63,321 nucleotides of DNA. Origin: a virus. Its lineage: Duplodnaviria > Caudoviricetes. The DNA lies in the IMG/VR virus record IMGVR_UViG_3300042534_000414, positions 1 through 63,321 of that record; one strand, given 5' to 3'. Below the pieces are notes generated by a model, which saw nothing but the letters and a program-made list of their open reading frames with translations, ran no database searches and was not told the origin of the DNA. The position numbers and the translations under genes are program-made. How positions within the stretch are numbered: position 1 is the first letter of the stretch; every line of letters starts with the position of its first letter. Of the stretch, positions 18,336 through 26,439 are shown piece by piece.

Positions 18336-19649
18336 TTATAATGCTTGCACAATTTGATTAAGTGCCTCTTCCTGTTTTACCGATACAATCCAACCAGGCG
18401 TTTTAACATCATTAAGTTTTAGGTAAGGATTAAAGCGCGCGTGTAATTGCATTAGTTGATCCTTTATTTGTTTTGTGTCGCCGTAAACGATTAAACTTTT
18501 ATCGGAATACTTTTGTACGTGGATAACAGGTTTAACCGTTTCAACCGGCTTTTGTTCCTCAATTTTTGCACTTTCTTTAATAGGTTCAATTTCAATTTTC
18601 GGGGTGCTAATTTGTTGATTTTTAAGCTCGGCTACTTGTTGTGTCAAGGCGTTAATTTGTTGCATTAAAGCGGATAAAATATCAGTATCTACGCTTTGTT
18701 TTTGTGTTTCTTGCATAACTTTTTTGGTTTTAGTTGGTTTGTTTGTTGTTTCAGGTAAGTAAATTATTGCCGGTTTATTTGTGTTGTAGTTTATAGATAA
18801 TTCTATTTGATTTGTAGCCTTGCTAATTTTATCAATTAACTTTTGATTAAAGCCTACAAAATTTAAAGTTTTTATATCTACAATAGGCATCAATAACAGT
18901 AATTCGTTTGTTTTGGGTAGTGTATTTTCGTTAATTAATACATTGATTTTTCCGTTTACTTTGCTATCTAAATTTTCCCAGTCAAAACAATTTTTTTCTA
19001 AATTTAACCTTATTGAATTTGTTTCTTGTTGGTTTAATTTTAAAGCCTCTTTATACTCGGTGCTTGCACAATTTATATTAAAACTACCAATATAACTATC
19101 AGGAATAACAGCGTTATAATTAGGGTACTTACCTTGAATATTGCAGTAGGTTATATAAGTACCACAATTAAGTAAAGCTACAAATTTATCAGTATATTGT
19201 TCATATTTGTAAATAGCCTTAACATCGTCTATTAATTTGCAGGTAATAGCGTCTAATATTATATTTTCGCTTGAAATTTCGTATTCAAATTGTTTTTTGT
19301 ATAAAATATTACAATCAGTTGCAACAACACAATTTTTATCAATATAAACGCCATTACAAACAGGGCGTAAATCATCTTTGCCTACAAATTTAAAAGCTTT
19401 TTTAATCCATGGTTTTAGATCCTCCAATTTTTGCCCATCTAAGATGGCTGCACAATTAGGGATAGGCACTTCAAAATCTGTCAATTCAATACTAGGATCA
19501 TTAACAAAGTTACCGTTAACAAATTTACCAGGATTAGATGGCGTTATAAATTGAACATCATTTTTAAAGTATATAGCGTAATTACCGTTAAAATCTAAAT
19601 ATTTGCTTTTATCCGCAAATTTTAAAAGTGTTTTGTTAGTTGTGTTCAT
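18336..19649 (-). CDS. DNA polymerase III beta-clamp-like protein with a C-terminal extension
   Basis: DDLRPVCNGVYI...VATD and IQGKYPNYNAVIP are beta-clamp hallmarks; extra coiled coil and YSDKS..VYGDTK..KDQL...GW domain. Confidence 0.7.
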   Translation of the reverse strand: MNTTNKTLLKFADKSKYLDFNGNYAIYFKNDVQFITPSNPGKFVNGNFVNDPSIELTDFEVPIPNCAAILDGQKLEDLKPWIKKAFKFVGKDDLRPVCNGVYIDKNCVVATDCNILYKKQFEYEISSENIILDAITCKLIDDVKAIYKYEQYTDKFVALLNCGTYITYCNIQGKYPNYNAVIPDSYIGSFNINCASTEYKEALKLNQQETNSIRLNLEKNCFDWENLDSKVNGKINVLINENTLPKTNELLLLMPIVDIKTLNFVGFNQKLIDKISKATNQIELSINYNTNKPAIIYLPETTNKPTKTKKVMQETQKQSVDTDILSALMQQINALTQQVAELKNQQISTPKIEIEPIKESAKIEEQKPVETVKPVIHVQKYSDKSLIVYGDTKQIKDQLMQLHARFNPYLKLNDVKTPGWIVSVKQEEALNQIVQAL

Positions 19650-19660
19650 GGCTATAAATT

Positions 19661-19903
19661 TTAATTGTTAATTAATAAATTTTGGTATTTTTTAGGTAGT
19701 TTATTATACATTGTTACATTGTGTCCACTTTGCCATGGATTTATAAAATATTCTTGTATAATTATGCTTTTTTTTCCTGGTGCACCGTATAAAATTAAAA
19801 ATCCTAATCCTAGAGATCCTTCCTCTATTTGTTCAATGTATCCGCCAAAATTCATGTATTTTTCTATTAAATTTTCGCAAGTTTTTAAAGTGTAATTTTT
19901 CAT
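19661..19903 (-). CDS. hypothetical early protein
   Basis: 80 aa, IEEGSLGLG...EYFINPWQSGH motif. Confidence 0.7.
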   Translation of the reverse strand: MKNYTLKTCENLIEKYMNFGGYIEQIEEGSLGLGFLILYGAPGKKSIIIQEYFINPWQSGHNVTMYNKLPKKYQNLLINN

Positions 19904-20003
19904 GGCTATAAATTTTAAAGTTTAATAAATAAGTAGATTAAAAGTGCCCAAACTATTGGAATTAATGCAATTGATAAGGCGGTTAAATGTTTGTTCATGG
20001 CTA

Positions 20004-20300
20004 TTAGTTATTGTTAATTAAATTTTTTACATAATCATTTATTGTTTCCATATTCTCTTCCCACGAATATTCATAATCTAACATAAATTCGCTTAATTCA
20101 TATTCATCCAATTTGTTATTTTTAATTGAATTAACAATTTCATTATCAATTTCATTATAACCAAATATAAATTTTGCAACAATATCGCTCGCGTATGGAT
20201 ATTTTTTACCAAATTTAGAATATAAATCACTGGCAGAATTTATTTCAATTTGTTCAACTTTTGTTTTTAATTTCTCGATTTGATCTTTTAAATTCTTCAT
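20004..20300 (-). CDS. hypothetical early protein
   Basis: 98-aa acidic ORF. Confidence 0.65.
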   Translation of the reverse strand: MKNLKDQIEKLKTKVEQIEINSASDLYSKFGKKYPYASDIVAKFIFGYNEIDNEIVNSIKNNKLDEYELSEFMLDYEYSWEENMETINDYVKNLINNN

Positions 20301-20338
20301 AATATAAATTTTTAAGGTTACACAATTTGTTAGCTACC

Positions 20339-20365
20339 TTACAAGGGCACTTAATACCCTTGTAA
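20339..20365. other. intergenic hairpin
   Basis: TTACAAGGG-N9-CCCTTGTAA. Confidence 0.55.
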
Positions 20366-20406
20366 ACGCTCTAAGCCTAAAGCCTGTTTATACTTGCTTA
20401 GTCAAG

Positions 20407-20844
20407 TTAAAATTTTGATGGCGTATTTTGTGATAAGGCTGCACAATTCATATTAAAGCCCAAATTATTTAATTGATGTATAATAGTGTAATTAGTATGA
20501 AATACCATATCCATTCCGCAGCCGTTAACTCTAAAGCCCTCTTTAGCCTCATTAAAACCTAAAGATTTAAACAAGCAATAAAAATTATATATATTGCCTT
20601 GTTTATGTTTAGCGTCAAAAGTATGTTCAAAAAAGGCTAAATTTCGACTCATACCGCTCGCGGATACTTTGTAAATGATACAAAAAACGCGTTTTTCCTC
20701 AATTGCTTTGATGTACCTATTTGCATTGTCAATAAACATTTGTATTTTTTCGTTTAAATCATTTCCATAAAATGATCTATTAATGCTTTTTAAAAGGTTT
20801 TTATTTGCATTGATGTTACTGATTACTTTTGCTTGATTTTTCAT
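20407..20844 (-). CDS. hypothetical early protein
   Basis: 145 aa, VSASGMSR...V.GCGMDM.F motif. Confidence 0.7.
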   Translation of the reverse strand: MKNQAKVISNINANKNLLKSINRSFYGNDLNEKIQMFIDNANRYIKAIEEKRVFCIIYKVSASGMSRNLAFFEHTFDAKHKQGNIYNFYCLFKSLGFNEAKEGFRVNGCGMDMVFHTNYTIIHQLNNLGFNMNCAALSQNTPSKF

Positions 20845-20878
20845 AATATTAAATTTTAAAGGTTAAATTTTTGTTTGT

Positions 20879-21049
20879 TTACTTTGCTTTTCTTTGGCTT
20901 GAATATACTTGCATTCCTGAAATATGATATTCATTTAAAAGGCGTTTAATTTCGGCTTTGAAATGTTTAAAGCTGTCAAAATCCTTTGAATCCAATTGAT
21001 CAACGGTTTCAGTACCGTAGTTTGTTTTTAAGTTTAAATAGCGTTTCAT
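20879..21049 (-). CDS. 56-aa first early gene (not in the ORF track)
   Basis: Manual translation MKRYLNLKTNYGTETVDQLD...YSSQRKAK; directly after a promoter. Confidence 0.6.
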   Translation of the reverse strand: MKRYLNLKTNYGTETVDQLDSKDFDSFKHFKAEIKRLLNEYHISGMQVYSSQRKAK

Positions 21050-21087
21050 AATGTTTAAATTTTAGTTATTTGATTAACTTGATGAAA

Positions 21088-21119
21088 CAAAGATATGTAT
21101 ATACTTTGGATATATCAAA
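21088..21119 (-). promoter_or_regulatory. leftward early promoter
   Basis: Minus strand TTTG-N20-TATCTTTG, a match to the Bacteroidota -33/-7 consensus. Confidence 0.65.
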
Positions 21120-21303
21120 ATAAAAACGAAGAAAAATTTAAAGTTTTTTGTAACTGATTGAATATCAGTGAGAAAATTTTTATATTAATTTGAAAAAAAA
21201 GGATCACAAAGAAAAAAGCGCAAATATTAGGCGCAAAGAAAAAGGATTAAAATTTAAAAAGGGGCGTGATACTGGTAAAAAAAAAGGTGGCTGCACAATT
21301 TGC

Positions 21304-21657
21304 TTAACGCTCGAACCATTCATTGGACTTTGTAAGCTCGCGTAAATGAGGAGGCACAAAATTAATTAAATCAGGATCAAAGGACGATACACAATTCTTA
21401 AAATCTTCCGTTATAACCAAAACCAATTCCGCTAAAGAAAGATTAAGCGCAAAGGATAGATTAATTAATTGTTGTAAAGTAAGTAAATAAGGTTGATTAA
21501 TTAATCTTACTGCCGATTTAGTGTGAGATACTCCAAAGATAATTGCAAGATGAGTTTTTGAAATTCGATTCAAACTCAGAAGCCTATGTAAATGCAAGGC
21601 GTTTGACTTATCGTATTTGATTATAAATTTACCGTTTGAATCCTTATCTAAGCCCAT
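21304..21657 (-). CDS. XRE-like HTH transcriptional regulator
   Basis: ISKTHLAIIFGVS...RLINQP..LTLQQLINLSFALNLSLAEL. Confidence 0.55.
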   Translation of the reverse strand: MGLDKDSNGKFIIKYDKSNALHLHRLLSLNRISKTHLAIIFGVSHTKSAVRLINQPYLLTLQQLINLSFALNLSLAELVLVITEDFKNCVSSFDPDLINFVPPHLRELTKSNEWFER

Positions 21658-22334
21658 AAGTGTACAATGTAGATAAAGGATAAAGCAATTAAGCCCATTT
21701 ATTTAGCACGTGCTAAACGTTTATATTTTCGCTATATGATTGTATCACTCGATTAATAATCGTGCGCGTATGCGCGTATATGCGCGTGGTTATATATTCG
21801 CGCGCGTAAAAGGTTGGAATAATTTACCACCACGGTTCGATGCAGGTAAAAAAAAGCCTATAAAAAAAGTAGTTAGCGCAAATCTAAACCGTTAAAAATC
21901 AGTAGTTTAAAACAGTTCCGAAATTAATTTAGCCCCTACCCAGTAAGCGATTTGCGTTTCCCATGCGCGGATCAACCCCCTCCACCCCACCACATAATCC
22001 CCACCCTATATATCCACAGTACATCTTTCCTTGTAAACGCTGGGTTTTTTCGGCTCCCTTATAAAATAAATCCAATTTATAAATAGGGGGTACCCGGTTT
22101 AGGGAGTGGGTGTATTTGCTGTGGTGTAGTGGGATTTATATGAAGGTATAGCGATATAAATCGTTGTTGTGTGTGCAAATAAATAAGTTAAAGAACTTTA
22201 TTGTTTTGGTTAATAAATTAGTTAATTATCGTTTACAAAGGTATGTATGGGGAATAATATTCGCAAATAAAGTTGAAAATAAATTTAGGCGTGATTTTGT
22301 AAATATTTGATAATCAATGGTGAAGTCTACTTTC

Positions 22335-22497
22335 TCCACCGTATGGATACAAGATTTTTAGGGTGTGATAACGTATTTATTGGGATGTAGAGAGAGGGGC
22401 GATAATGGGGTAAAAAAAAGGAGGATGCACAATTTTTTATATGATTGATTTACAGTAAGTTAGTCTCATTGTTCCACCGTATGGATACAAGATTTTT
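22335..22497. repeat. 25-bp direct repeat TCCACCGTATGGATACAAGATTTTT (22335-22359, 22473-22497)
   Basis: Exact match, 138 bp apart. Confidence 0.85.
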
Positions 22498-22528
22498 TTG
22501 TGATTGAGAGATATAATGATTAGCTTTG
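22497..22528 (+). promoter_or_regulatory. rightward promoter
   Basis: TTTG-N20-TAGCTTTG upstream of 22559. Confidence 0.6.
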
Positions 22529-22558
22529 TGTTTATGTTAAACTAAATAAAGGGCGAAT

Positions 22559-23239
22559 ATGGATTTAAGTGTATTACAGGGAATAACGGATGTTAGCGGT
22601 ATAGTAGTACCGAGGGATATGGTATTGGTGAGGGCGATAAACGATGAGAGTGATGGATGGGTGATAAAGGATGGTGAGGGGAAAGAGGTTAAGTTGATGA
22701 AGGATATGTTGTATAGTGTTATGACAGCGGATTATATACCTGATGAGATTAGGAATATATGTTTCAAGTGTGAAATTGTGCAAGTACCTCGGAGGGTAAG
22801 TGAGGGCAGGACACCTATTAGTGTTGATATTGTAGCTGGGGATATTTGTTATGTACATCACAGTATGTGTGATCCTGATAACCGAGTTGAGATAGGAGGC
22901 GAATATTATTATATGTTACCTTATAAGGTGGATTATAATTTGTTTAGTGTTACTAATTTCTATCTCAAATTGTGCAACGACCGTTTGGAGGCGATAGACA
23001 GGTGGTTATTGGTTGAGCCTATTGAGGAGGAGTATTTGAAGAGTTCTAGTATAGTGTTATTGGATACGAAGAAGAAGAGCGATAAGTATTACAGGGTAAA
23101 GTTGGTAAAGCCTAATGAGGATGTACAGGTTGGGGAGGTTATAATTACGAAGCCTAATTGTGTAAAGAAGATAAGTATAAATGGTAAGATTGAGTACATG
23201 GTTTATATGGAGCACGTTTATGGTAAGCGAATTGTGTAA
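22559..23239 (+). CDS. tandem GroES/Cpn10-like co-chaperonin
   Basis: Two GroES-like units: PRDMVLV...IVAGDICY and AIDRWLLVEPIEEE..SSSIVL...VQVGEVI. Confidence 0.6.
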   Translation: MDLSVLQGITDVSGIVVPRDMVLVRAINDESDGWVIKDGEGKEVKLMKDMLYSVMTADYIPDEIRNICFKCEIVQVPRRVSEGRTPISVDIVAGDICYVHHSMCDPDNRVEIGGEYYYMLPYKVDYNLFSVTNFYLKLCNDRLEAIDRWLLVEPIEEEYLKSSSIVLLDTKKKSDKYYRVKLVKPNEDVQVGEVIITKPNCVKKISINGKIEYMVYMEHVYGKRIV

Positions 23240-23346
23240 GCAACATTTTAATTATAAAAAGTTTTCTAATTATTATTATATATTAAATAATATATATATA
23301 TATGCAGAATAATCTTTATAATTTAAAAATATTTCTACACTTTCTC

Positions 23347-23382
23347 TTGTTTAAATTAAACAAAGTAATTACCTTTGTTTAA
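23347..23382 (+). promoter_or_regulatory. promoter overlapped by an operator-like palindrome
   Basis: TTG-N20-TACCTTTG; inverted repeat TTAAACAAAG-N7-CTTTGTTTAA at 23356-23382. Confidence 0.55.
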
Positions 23383-23399
23383 CTAAAAATGAATAAACT

Positions 23400-24152
23400 A
23401 TGAAAATCGTTAAAAAAGGAAATCAAGATTTAATCTCCGCAAAGGAGTTGTATTTAGGACTTGGAATTAAGAGAGATTATTCTACATGGATTAAGCAAAG
23501 TATTGAACGTGCTGAATTAGAGGAAGGTAAGGACTTTACCTCGCAAAAGGGGGAAAGTACAGGAGGTCGCCCCACCATTGAATATTACTTAGTTAGAGAT
23601 GCTGCGCTATCAGTAATTATGATGTCGGGAGGTAAGTTAGCGAATAGTTTAAGGAAAACTGTTATTGACTTGTACAATCAACACGATACTGGTTTAGCAT
23701 TTAGTTCTACGCAGATTATGGCGTTAATGGAATTAAGTAGAGCTATGACTTTAATTTCAATACAGAGAGATGTTGAAAGAAAGCATTATGCTCTTTTTTC
23801 TCCAACTGAAAACTGGGCAAAGCGTAGAGCTGAAATTTTAGGTTATAGCAAAGAAACTATGATAGAGGCTATGAAGGCTGTAAATAAAAAGTACAAATCA
23901 ATTAGAGCTTCTTTAATGCACTTAGATGCTGCGGAATTAATTAGAATGGGTGTTATAGACTTCATTATGATTATGGGTAAAACGGAGGAGTATGCAACTA
24001 ATGTAGGTAATTTATGTAAGACTATGGCAAAGGAAATGGAGTTGGACACTATTATTTGGGATGACACTAAGCCTAATCCGTTAAGGATAAATGAAGAGGA
24101 TGTAAACGAGAGGAGAAAGAAGTACGGTAACGCACAGAAGTTACTTTCTTAA
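23400..24152 (+). CDS. AntA/AntB-family antirepressor
   Basis: ISAKELY..LG.KRDYSTWIK..I....EGKDF...GGRP..EYYL..DAA. Confidence 0.8.
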   Translation: MKIVKKGNQDLISAKELYLGLGIKRDYSTWIKQSIERAELEEGKDFTSQKGESTGGRPTIEYYLVRDAALSVIMMSGGKLANSLRKTVIDLYNQHDTGLAFSSTQIMALMELSRAMTLISIQRDVERKHYALFSPTENWAKRRAEILGYSKETMIEAMKAVNKKYKSIRASLMHLDAAELIRMGVIDFIMIMGKTEEYATNVGNLCKTMAKEMELDTIIWDDTKPNPLRINEEDVNERRKKYGNAQKLLS

Positions 24153-24476
24153 TTATTACAATTTCGGAAAAAATTTTGCTGAAAGTAATTAATTACAAAA
24201 GTAATAATTACAATTTGTGAAAAAATTTCTGTTAAAGTAATGAATAAGACTTTTCACCCGAATTGTTATAAAGTTAAAACATATTGATTTTAAACTTTTT
24301 AATATATATTAAATAAAATATATTGATATTTACAAAACGAATATAATTTAAACGCTACACAATTTAAAAAATAAAATAGGGGAATTTGGCTAACGTTGTT
24401 GAGGCGAGGTGTACAACTCAAATCATTAACACCCTTGATTGGTGGAACAACAGCCCCTATTTTTAATACACAATTT

Positions 24477-24701
24477 ATGAAAAGAGAAACATGGGAAATA
24501 CTATTAGCATTAGAATCTGGTAAGATAAGTGTAATAGATGCGCATAAGAAGATAATGGCAAATTGTGCATCAATCTTGAATGACTGTATGGACAAAAAGC
24601 AAGAGGTTTTAATGAATCCTATACGCTTTGAGGGTGTTCATGTAGAAAAACTAGCAGAGGTGTTTAGGCGTAATGGGATAGAGCATGAGCCTCTTTTTTG
24701 A
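24477..24701 (+). CDS. hypothetical protein
   Basis: ORF 24396-24701; ATG at 24477 preferred. Confidence 0.55.
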   Translation: MKRETWEILLALESGKISVIDAHKKIMANCASILNDCMDKKQEVLMNPIRFEGVHVEKLAEVFRRNGIEHEPLF

Positions 24702-24727
24702 TAGTTGCACAATTAGTTATATATTTG
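24697..24727 (+). promoter_or_regulatory. promoter with a TGCACAATT copy in its spacer
   Basis: TTTG-N19-TATATTTG; motif at 24706-24714. Confidence 0.55.
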
Positions 24728-24743
24728 TAAAAAAAAGAATAAC

Positions 24744-25016
24744 ATGGATTCGTTAATAGATTTAGATGTAGAGTTTATATATGAGTTAAAGATATATAAG
24801 AGGCAGGCGGAGGCTTTTACGATACGTAAGGGTCAGAGTTTCATTGTAAAGGGTCAGGATGTAGAGGTGAGTGATATTTACAGGGATAAGAACTATTTAC
24901 AGTTATACGGAGTAAGGCGTTATTTGATAGAGGTAAAATTCAAGGAGAGTGGTGAGAAGATTATCTGGAAGTGTTTTGAGGGCGTTGATGTTGAGGTTAC
25001 TTATGATATTGTTTAA
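24744..25016 (+). CDS. hypothetical protein
   Basis: 90-aa ORF. Confidence 0.65.
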   Translation: MDSLIDLDVEFIYELKIYKRQAEAFTIRKGQSFIVKGQDVEVSDIYRDKNYLQLYGVRRYLIEVKFKESGEKIIWKCFEGVDVEVTYDIV

Positions 25017-25035
25017 TTTTTAAAATTGTGTATAT

Positions 25036-25890
25036 ATGTCAAAATTATTATTGTTAACGGATTTAGATGGCAACCAAGTTGTTATTAATGAAACCGACAT
25101 TAATTTCGTAAGAGATTTAGGAAGTTCAACTTCTAACATCATTTACAGAGATACAAATTCTAACATTCCTAAAAGTGTAGATATTGATGAAACTGTTGCA
25201 AACATTGTTTCGGCAGGAACTCAATTATTAGCATTAACGGAATTAACATTGGGTACTGATGTTGCTATTAACGAAGCGGATGTAATCTTAGTGGTTGATT
25301 TAGGAAGTTCAACTTCGAGAGTTACTTATAGGGATTCAATCTCTAGTGATCCAAAAACGATTGATGTTGATGATTCAGTATCTACAATTGTTTCTGCATC
25401 AAGTCAATTATTGGCAGCAACTGAATTAAATTCTTCAACTGCAATTGCTATTAACAGGATGAAAGTAAAAAGCGCAGAGAATTATATTCAAACTAATCCA
25501 AGCGGTACAATTACTTTTGCATCGGGTGCAGGTACTGTAACTGATATTGAGATTGATGGTGATTCAATTTTTGATACCGGCACAGCTATTACAGGAGCGA
25601 GTTTAGCTTTATTAGCAACAAACACCGCTGCTGCTATTAACGCATACACTTCAACTAGTGGATTTACTGCTGTTGCTGATGATACTGTTGTAACAGTAAC
25701 TGCAACTACTCCTTCGGAGGCATTAAATGGTGAAGCTATTACTGTAACAGATACAGATACATTAGCTACAACTACAACTGCATTGGCAGGAGCTGTTGAT
25801 GATATTACTGTTGTTTACGATAACGGTGGATCGTTTTTAGAAAAAATCAACATTAATAAATCTTTAGTTGAGTTAACTACGTACGCATAG
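25036..25890 (+). CDS. putative virion decoration/structural protein
   Basis: T/S/D-rich; internal ~60-aa repeats; domain shared with 36679-38823. Confidence 0.6.
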   Translation: MSKLLLLTDLDGNQVVINETDINFVRDLGSSTSNIIYRDTNSNIPKSVDIDETVANIVSAGTQLLALTELTLGTDVAINEADVILVVDLGSSTSRVTYRDSISSDPKTIDVDDSVSTIVSASSQLLAATELNSSTAIAINRMKVKSAENYIQTNPSGTITFASGAGTVTDIEIDGDSIFDTGTAITGASLALLATNTAAAINAYTSTSGFTAVADDTVVTVTATTPSEALNGEAITVTDTDTLATTTTALAGAVDDITVVYDNGGSFLEKININKSLVELTTYA

Positions 25891-25911
25891 TTACTTGAAT
25901 AAAAAACTTTT

Positions 25912-25945
25912 AAAAAAAGTAGTAGGTAATTCTGCTACTTTTTTT
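25912..25945 (+). terminator. intrinsic terminator
   Basis: AAAAAAAGTAGTAG...CTGCTACTTTTTTT. Confidence 0.7.
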
Positions 25946-26060
25946 GTTTAAATAAAAAAGTTGTTTTAGATTTGTATCTGCCAACTTTACTTTTTTTTGT
26001 TCAATCTTTTCTGGATTTTTGCAATGGAAAACCTGCTGTTTAATTATAGCAGGTTTTTTT
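25943..26060 (+). ncRNA. candidate U-rich small RNA
   Basis: TTTG-N20-TAGATTTG promoter, ~50 nt U-rich body, terminator AAAACCTGCT...AGCAGGTTTTTTT at 26028-26060. Confidence 0.35.
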
Positions 26061-26094
26061 GTTTTATATTTGTAGTAACTAAATTTAATTAAAT

Positions 26095-26439
26095 ATGAAA
26101 AGACCTATAATAAAAGATGCGGAGGTACGTAGATACGTGGAGCATTTAGAGAGTAAGATAAAGGCGATTAGTACACAAAGCCTAAAGGCGGAAACATATT
26201 TAAGTTTGCGCCATTTCATTACGAATAATAATTCGATATTAAAAAACACAAATCTTACGGTTGATGATGCTAGCAACAAGGATGATAAGATAATGGAGCG
26301 AGCGTTTAAGTATGCTGATAGTATATGGAAGTATTTAGAAACTGCTGATAAGATATACGATAATTTAGGTGAAACGTATGTAGAGGAGGTGGATAGAGAG
26401 GAAGCGAGTGTATATGAAAAAGCATTAAATGGAAAATAA
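26095..26439 (+). CDS. putative terminase small subunit
   Basis: Overlaps the terL start; preceded by TATATTTG at 26065. Confidence 0.45.
   Translation: MKRPIIKDAEVRRYVEHLESKIKAISTQSLKAETYLSLRHFITNNNSILKNTNLTVDDASNKDDKIMERAFKYADSIWKYLETADKIYDNLGETYVEEVDREEASVYEKALNGK

Larger units (their letters stand above)
19647..21065 (-). promoter_or_regulatory. repeated A-rich translation leader TAAAATTTATAGCCATG / TAAAA(A)TTTATATTATG before early genes
   Basis: Seen before the ATGs at 19649, 19903, 20300, 20844 and 21049 (also 2083); SD-less Bacteroidota-type initiation region. Confidence 0.65.
21660..22558. other. divergent non-coding control region (candidate genome end/pac site or origin)
   Basis: Transcription direction switches here; TGCGCGTA tandem repeats, C-rich then G-rich tracts, GGGTACCC palindrome, 25-bp direct repeats. 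Confidence 0.6.

Noticed and set aside
22335-22497. Direct repeats as a mini CRISPR array
   Set aside because: Only two copies, a 113-bp interval, and no cas genes
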